DNA from: a candidate division FCPU426 bacterium
Lineage (GTDB): Bacteria; Oederibacteriota; JAJYGY01; DAIDJD01
Assembly (NCBI GenBank): GCA_027451505.1
Contig: DAIDJD010000092.1
Span: 17,588-81,587, forward strand
DNA: 64,000 nt
Direction: 5' to 3'
Shown here: positions 60,072 through 64,000 of the stretch, one piece after another
How positions within the stretch are numbered: the first letter of the stretch is position 1
How the letters are laid out: each line of letters starts with the position of its first letter
Notes under the pieces: generated by a model
Told to the model about the DNA's origin: nothing
The model's input: only the letters and a program-made list of their open reading frames with translations
Database searches by the model: none
Translations under genes and position numbers: made by a program

Positions 60072-60481
60072 TCCCGGTATTGGTCCTGACCCACGGTGAA
60101 CTCGCGGCGGCGCTCCTCGGGGCGGCGGAATCCATCCTTGGGCGTCAGGACCGCGCCGCGGCCCTGGGCCTGGAGGCCTCGGAGAGCAGGGAAGCCTTCG
60201 CCGGACGGGTCCGCGCCGCGGCGGACCAACTGGGCGCGCCCGCGCTGGTCCTGGTCGACCTCGCGGGAGGCACACCCTGGAACGCGGCCTTGCTCTGCGG
60301 CCTGGCGTCCGATCCCGGCGAAATCCTGGCGGGCGTGAATCTCCCCGTGCTTTTGGAGGCGCTCGGCCGGAGGGACGGGCCCGGGGCCTCGCCCAGGACC
60401 CTGGCCGCGGACCTGGCGGCCCTGGGGGCCGCGGCCTTCGCCAGGGCGTCCGACCTCATGGCGCGCGGGGCGGCGGCGTGA
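60068..60481 (+). CDS. PTS mannose-family EIIA component
   Basis: MIPVLVLTHGELAA (active His in the THG context); ATGA overlap with the upstream gene. Confidence 0.8.
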   Translation: MIPVLVLTHGELAAALLGAAESILGRQDRAAALGLEASESREAFAGRVRAAADQLGAPALVLVDLAGGTPWNAALLCGLASDPGEILAGVNLPVLLEALGRRDGPGASPRTLAADLAALGAAAFARASDLMARGAAA

Positions 60482-60960
60482 GCGTCCTCCTGGCCCGCGT
60501 CGATGACCGTCTCATCCACGGACAGGTCGTGGTGGGATGGGCGCGGGCACTGGAGGCGGACTGCCTGGTCGTGGCCAACGATGCTGTGGCCGCGGATCCT
60601 CTGCAACGGACGCTCCTGCCCATGGCCGTCCCGCCGCATATCCGCGTGGCCATCCTGCGCCTCACCGAGGCGGCCGAGGCCGTGGCCAAGGGGACCCTGC
60701 CGGGCCAGCGCGTGATCTTGCTGTTCGCGTCGCTCCCGGATGCCGCCCGTTTCATGGCCGCCGGGGGGCCGCTGAAGGAACTCAACATCGGCGGCATACG
60801 CCTGGCCCCCGGCCGCCAAGCCCTGCGCACCGCGGTGGCCCTCGGGCCCGAGGATGTGCGCGCGGCGCGCGACCTAGCCGGTTGCGGGGTTGCCTTGGCC
60901 CTGCGCATGGTGCCGTCCGAACCGGCGGAACCCCTGCTGCCCCTTCTGCCCCCGAATTGA
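60478..60960 (+). CDS. PTS mannose/sorbose-family EIIB component
   Basis: ARVDDRLIHGQVVVGW (EIIB-Man phospho-His motif); GTGA overlap. Confidence 0.85.
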   Translation: MSVLLARVDDRLIHGQVVVGWARALEADCLVVANDAVAADPLQRTLLPMAVPPHIRVAILRLTEAAEAVAKGTLPGQRVILLFASLPDAARFMAAGGPLKELNIGGIRLAPGRQALRTAVALGPEDVRAARDLAGCGVALALRMVPSEPAEPLLPLLPPN

Positions 60961-60991
60961 GCCGGGGGGGCCTGGGCCACACGAGGAACGC

Positions 60992-61786
60992 ATGCTCCCG
61001 TTGGGTACGCTGATCCTCCTGAGCGCCGTGGGCGGACTCCTGGGCCTGGATTCCACGGGTGCCCTCCAGGTGATGCTGTCCCGGCCTTTGGTGGTGGGGG
61101 CCCTCTTCGGCGTGCTCCTGGGGAACCTTTCCCTGGGGCTGGTGCTGGGCAGCATGGTCGAGCTGTTGTGCATCGCGGGTCCGCCCGTGGGCAGCCTGGT
61201 GCCGCCGGACTCCACGGCCGCCGCCGCCGCCGCCGCGACCGTGGCGGTGCGCCTCGCGCACCTCAGGCCCGGGCATTGGACCACGGCCGCGGCCGCCCTG
61301 GGGTTCCTGGCGGCGGTGCCCGCGGGCGCGCTGGGCGCGCGCGCCGAGGTGTGGCAGCGCCGATGGACCAATCGCCTGAGCCGGAGGGCCGACGCGGAGT
61401 TGGACGCCGGCAGGCTGCCCCGCCTGGGGATCCTCCTGGCCGCCGCCCTGGGAATGGCTTTCTTGAGGGGCTTTCTGGTGTGCGCCCTGGTGCTGGGGGT
61501 GGGCGTGCCCGTGTTGGCGGGCATCTTCAAGGGGTTGCCGGTGGAGGGCCTGTACGCGCTGCGCTGGTCGTTCTGGCTGTTCTGGCTCCTGGGCTTGGCA
61601 GTCGCGGCCGACCAGTTCTGGGACCGCCGCGGCCTGCGGACCGCGGCCGGCGTTTCGCTGGGCGTGGCGGTGTTCGGCGCGGCCGTGGGGGCCGGCCAGG
61701 GTGAGGTGTTGGCCGCGGTGATCGGCGCGGCCGGGGTCGCCGGGGTGTGGATCTGGCTGGCCAACCGCAACGAGGGCTGGACGTGA
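60992..61786 (+). CDS. PTS mannose-family EIIC permease component
   Basis: multi-pass membrane protein in the ManY position; RBS GAGGAA. Confidence 0.75.
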   Translation: MLPLGTLILLSAVGGLLGLDSTGALQVMLSRPLVVGALFGVLLGNLSLGLVLGSMVELLCIAGPPVGSLVPPDSTAAAAAAATVAVRLAHLRPGHWTTAAAALGFLAAVPAGALGARAEVWQRRWTNRLSRRADAELDAGRLPRLGILLAAALGMAFLRGFLVCALVLGVGVPVLAGIFKGLPVEGLYALRWSFWLFWLLGLAVAADQFWDRRGLRTAAGVSLGVAVFGAAVGAGQGEVLAAVIGAAGVAGVWIWLANRNEGWT

Positions 61787-62562
61787 AGTCCGGGGCAAGT
61801 TGGCGCATCGAGGCTGCGCTGCGTGCCACGCTCCTGCAGGGCGCCTGGAATTTCGAGCGCATGCAGAACCTCGGGTGGGCCTATTGCATGGAGCCGGCCC
61901 TGCGCGCCCTCTACCCGGATCCGGCCCGCAGGGCCGCCGCCCTGCGGCGCCACCTGGAGCTGTTCAACACCCATCCGTACCTGGCGCCCTACGTCCTGGG
62001 GGCGGCCCTGCGGGCGGAATCCGAGGCCGCGGCGGGCCGCGGCGGCGTCGAGGCCGTCGCGGCCATCAAGGCGGGCCTTTCCCCGGCGTTGGCGGCCGTC
62101 GGCGACTCCTTTTTTTGGGCCAACCTGCGCCCCGCCGCCGGGCTGTTGGGGGTGGTGTGGCTGTGGCTGGCGCCCGGCCGTCTGCGCCTGGCGGCCCCGC
62201 TGGTCTTCCTCGGGGCCTACAACCTGGCCTCCCTCCCCCTGCGTCTGCGCGGCGTGCGCGCGGGCTGGCTCAAGGGGGACGGCGTGGCGGTGCACGTCGC
62301 GCGGCTCGGCCTTCCGGCGAAGGCCGAGGGGCTGCGGCGCATGGCGCTGGTCCTGGTGGCCGGGCTCTGCGGCGCGCTCGCCCGCATCAACCAGCCCGCG
62401 GTGGGGCCTTCACCGGTGGCGGACAATTTCCTGTTCCTCGGGGCCGGGCTGCTGATGCTCCTGCTCCTGCGCCTGAGCGTCCGTCCCGTGGTGCTGCTGG
62501 TGCTGTGCACACTGGCCTCGCTGGTCCTGGCGCTGGCCATCCCCCCCATGAACCCGCATTGA
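61783..62562 (+). CDS. PTS mannose-family EIID permease component
   Basis: WNFERMQNLGW motif typical of ManZ/EIID; GTGA overlap. Confidence 0.8.
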   Translation: MKSGASWRIEAALRATLLQGAWNFERMQNLGWAYCMEPALRALYPDPARRAAALRRHLELFNTHPYLAPYVLGAALRAESEAAAGRGGVEAVAAIKAGLSPALAAVGDSFFWANLRPAAGLLGVVWLWLAPGRLRLAAPLVFLGAYNLASLPLRLRGVRAGWLKGDGVAVHVARLGLPAKAEGLRRMALVLVAGLCGALARINQPAVGPSPVADNFLFLGAGLLMLLLLRLSVRPVVLLVLCTLASLVLALAIPPMNPH

Positions 62563-62573
62563 AAGATCCGACT

Positions 62574-62852
62574 ATGGCCGAGCCCCTCCACCGCGACATC
62601 CCCATCGTCAACAAGCTGGGCCTGCACCTGCGGGCCGCGGCCCAGTTCGTCCAGCTTTGCGGACGCTATCCCTGCGACGTTTGGGTCGCCAAGGACGGGC
62701 GCCGCGTCAACGGGAAGAGCATCATGGGCGTGATGACCCTGGTGGCGGTCAAGGGCAGCACCCTGGGGGTCGATGCGGAGGGGGAGCGCGCCTCCGAGTG
62801 CCTGGATGCCCTGGCCAAACTGGCCGCCGAACGCTTCGGGGAAAAGGAGTGA
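62574..62852 (+). CDS. ptsH: phosphocarrier protein HPr
   Basis: 92 aa; active-site His15 context NKLGLHLRAAA. Confidence 0.85.
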   Translation: MAEPLHRDIPIVNKLGLHLRAAAQFVQLCGRYPCDVWVAKDGRRVNGKSIMGVMTLVAVKGSTLGVDAEGERASECLDALAKLAAERFGEKE

Positions 62853-64000
62853 ACCTTTCGCTCAAAGGCGTTCCCGCCTCGCGCGGGATCGTCATCGGAC
62901 CCGCCCTCGTGCTCTCCGGCGCCGCCGGGGACGATGGCCAGGAGCGGCGCCTGGAGCCGCGCGAGGTCGAACCCGAGATCGAGCGCCTGCTGAAGGCGGT
63001 CGCGACCACGCGCGACCAACTCCTGGACCTGAAGCGGCGGGTGGCCATGGAGATCGGCCAGAAGCACGCCGAGATCTTCAACGCGCACATCCTCTTCCTG
63101 GACGACCCGACCTTCCTCGTCGAGACCCAGGAGCAGGTCCGCAAGCAGCGGACCTGCGCGGAGTGGGCGGTCCGCGGCTACGTCGACCGCTATGCGCGCA
63201 TGCTCGACGCCGTCGGGGACGGCATGATGCGGGAGCGCCAGGGGGACATCCGCGACGTGGGGAAACGCGTCGTGCAGAATCTGCGGGGCGGGTCGCTCGC
63301 GCCGCTGTCGGAATCGGCCGAGCGGCGCATCCTGGTGGCCCGCGACCTGAGCCCGTCGGAGACCGCCCAACTCGACTTGGGCAAGGTCCTGGCTTTCGCC
63401 ACGGACCAGGGGGGCCCCACCTCCCACACCGCCGTGATCGCCCGGACCATGGAGATGCCCGCGGTGGTCGGCCTGGAGCAGGCCACCCTCCACATCAAGG
63501 ACGGGGACACGCTGATCCTGGACGGCGGGGCGGGCGTCGTGGTGGTGTCCCCGGACAAGGAGACGCTCGCCCGCTACCGCCAGCGCCAGGCCGAACTTAA
63601 GGTCAAGGAGCGCGAACTCAAGGCGGTCTCGCGGCTGCCCGCCGTCACCAAGGACGGCCGGGTCATCAAGGTCTTCGGGAACATCGAGCTTCCCGAGGAG
63701 GCCAGGAACGCCGCGGCCAAGGGCGCCGAGGGGGTGGGGCTCTTCCGGACCGAATTCCTCTTCGTGAACCGGAACAACCTGCCCACCGAGGAGGAGCAGT
63801 TCGAGGCCTACCGCCTGGCCCTCCGGCACAGCCATCCCCACCCGGTGACCATCCGGACGCTGGACCTGGGCGGGGACAAGTTCGTCACCCACCTCGGCAT
63901 GTCCGGGGAGATGAACCCCTTCCTGGGGTTGAGGGCCATCCGTCTGTGCCTGGCCCATCCCTACGTCTTCAAGGTCCAACTGCGCGCCATCCTACGGGCC
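62849..64000 (+). CDS. ptsI: phosphoenolpyruvate-protein phosphotransferase (PTS enzyme I), 5' partial; continues beyond the window
   Basis: GTGA overlap with ptsH; phospho-His region GGPTSHTAVIARTMEMPAVVG; no stop before the window end. Confidence 0.9.
   Translation, partial: MNLSLKGVPASRGIVIGPALVLSGAAGDDGQERRLEPREVEPEIERLLKAVATTRDQLLDLKRRVAMEIGQKHAEIFNAHILFLDDPTFLVETQEQVRKQRTCAEWAVRGYVDRYARMLDAVGDGMMRERQGDIRDVGKRVVQNLRGGSLAPLSESAERRILVARDLSPSETAQLDLGKVLAFATDQGGPTSHTAVIARTMEMPAVVGLEQATLHIKDGDTLILDGGAGVVVVSPDKETLARYRQRQAELKVKERELKAVSRLPAVTKDGRVIKVFGNIELPEEARNAAAKGAEGVGLFRTEFLFVNRNNLPTEEEQFEAYRLALRHSHPHPVTIRTLDLGGDKFVTHLGMSGEMNPFLGLRAIRLCLAHPYVFKVQLRAILRA

Overview
The window is a very GC-rich (about 70% GC) chromosomal segment of a diderm (Gram-negative-type) bacterium. 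The diderm call rests on an LptD-like gene, an AsmA-like gene and a lipoprotein signal. The phylum is not assignable from sequence alone.

Gene density is high. I support about 55 coding sequences, of which 53 lie on the + strand. ATGA/GTGA start/stop overlaps suggest translational coupling between many adjacent genes.

Well-supported genes, in order:
- a GspE/PilB secretion ATPase and RNase R
- a sensor-less sigma-54 activator, followed by a J-domain protein and a DUF983 zinc-ribbon protein
- dnaK-groES-groEL, ended by a strong terminator
- an ABC-2 / GldG-like / DUF4340 transporter cluster coupled to a CbpA-like DnaJ and HtrA/DegP
- an ECF sigma factor, a GNAT acetyltransferase, a large AraC-family regulator and glgE
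- arfB, hup, prmA, tkt, a PAP2 phosphatase and recA
- an AsmA-like protein, a GlgM/GlgA-like GT4 glycosyltransferase, folC, an orphan malK-like ATPase and an lptD-like gene
- a sugar-nucleotide / glycosylation cluster: ugd, a DegT aminotransferase, an ArnT-like GT39 transferase, fcl, a nucleotidyltransferase and a deacetylase
- pyrF, pyrE, cinA and thpR
- a TPR-PBP transpeptidase on the minus strand
- a long rpoN-hpf-ptsN-yvcK-PTS(Man EIIA/B/C/D)-ptsH-ptsI operon that runs off the window end

No CRISPR array, rRNA/tRNA gene, transposase or integrase was seen.

The most interesting candidates are:
- a sigma-54-type promoter with an upstream inverted repeat in front of dnaK, next to the sensor-less sigma-54 activator and the J-domain protein
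- a 40-bp inverted repeat overlapping the -10 of the recA promoter
- the composite rpoN/PTS operon

Nothing was computed. All calls rest on my reading of motifs in the supplied ORF translations and on coordinates counted by hand.
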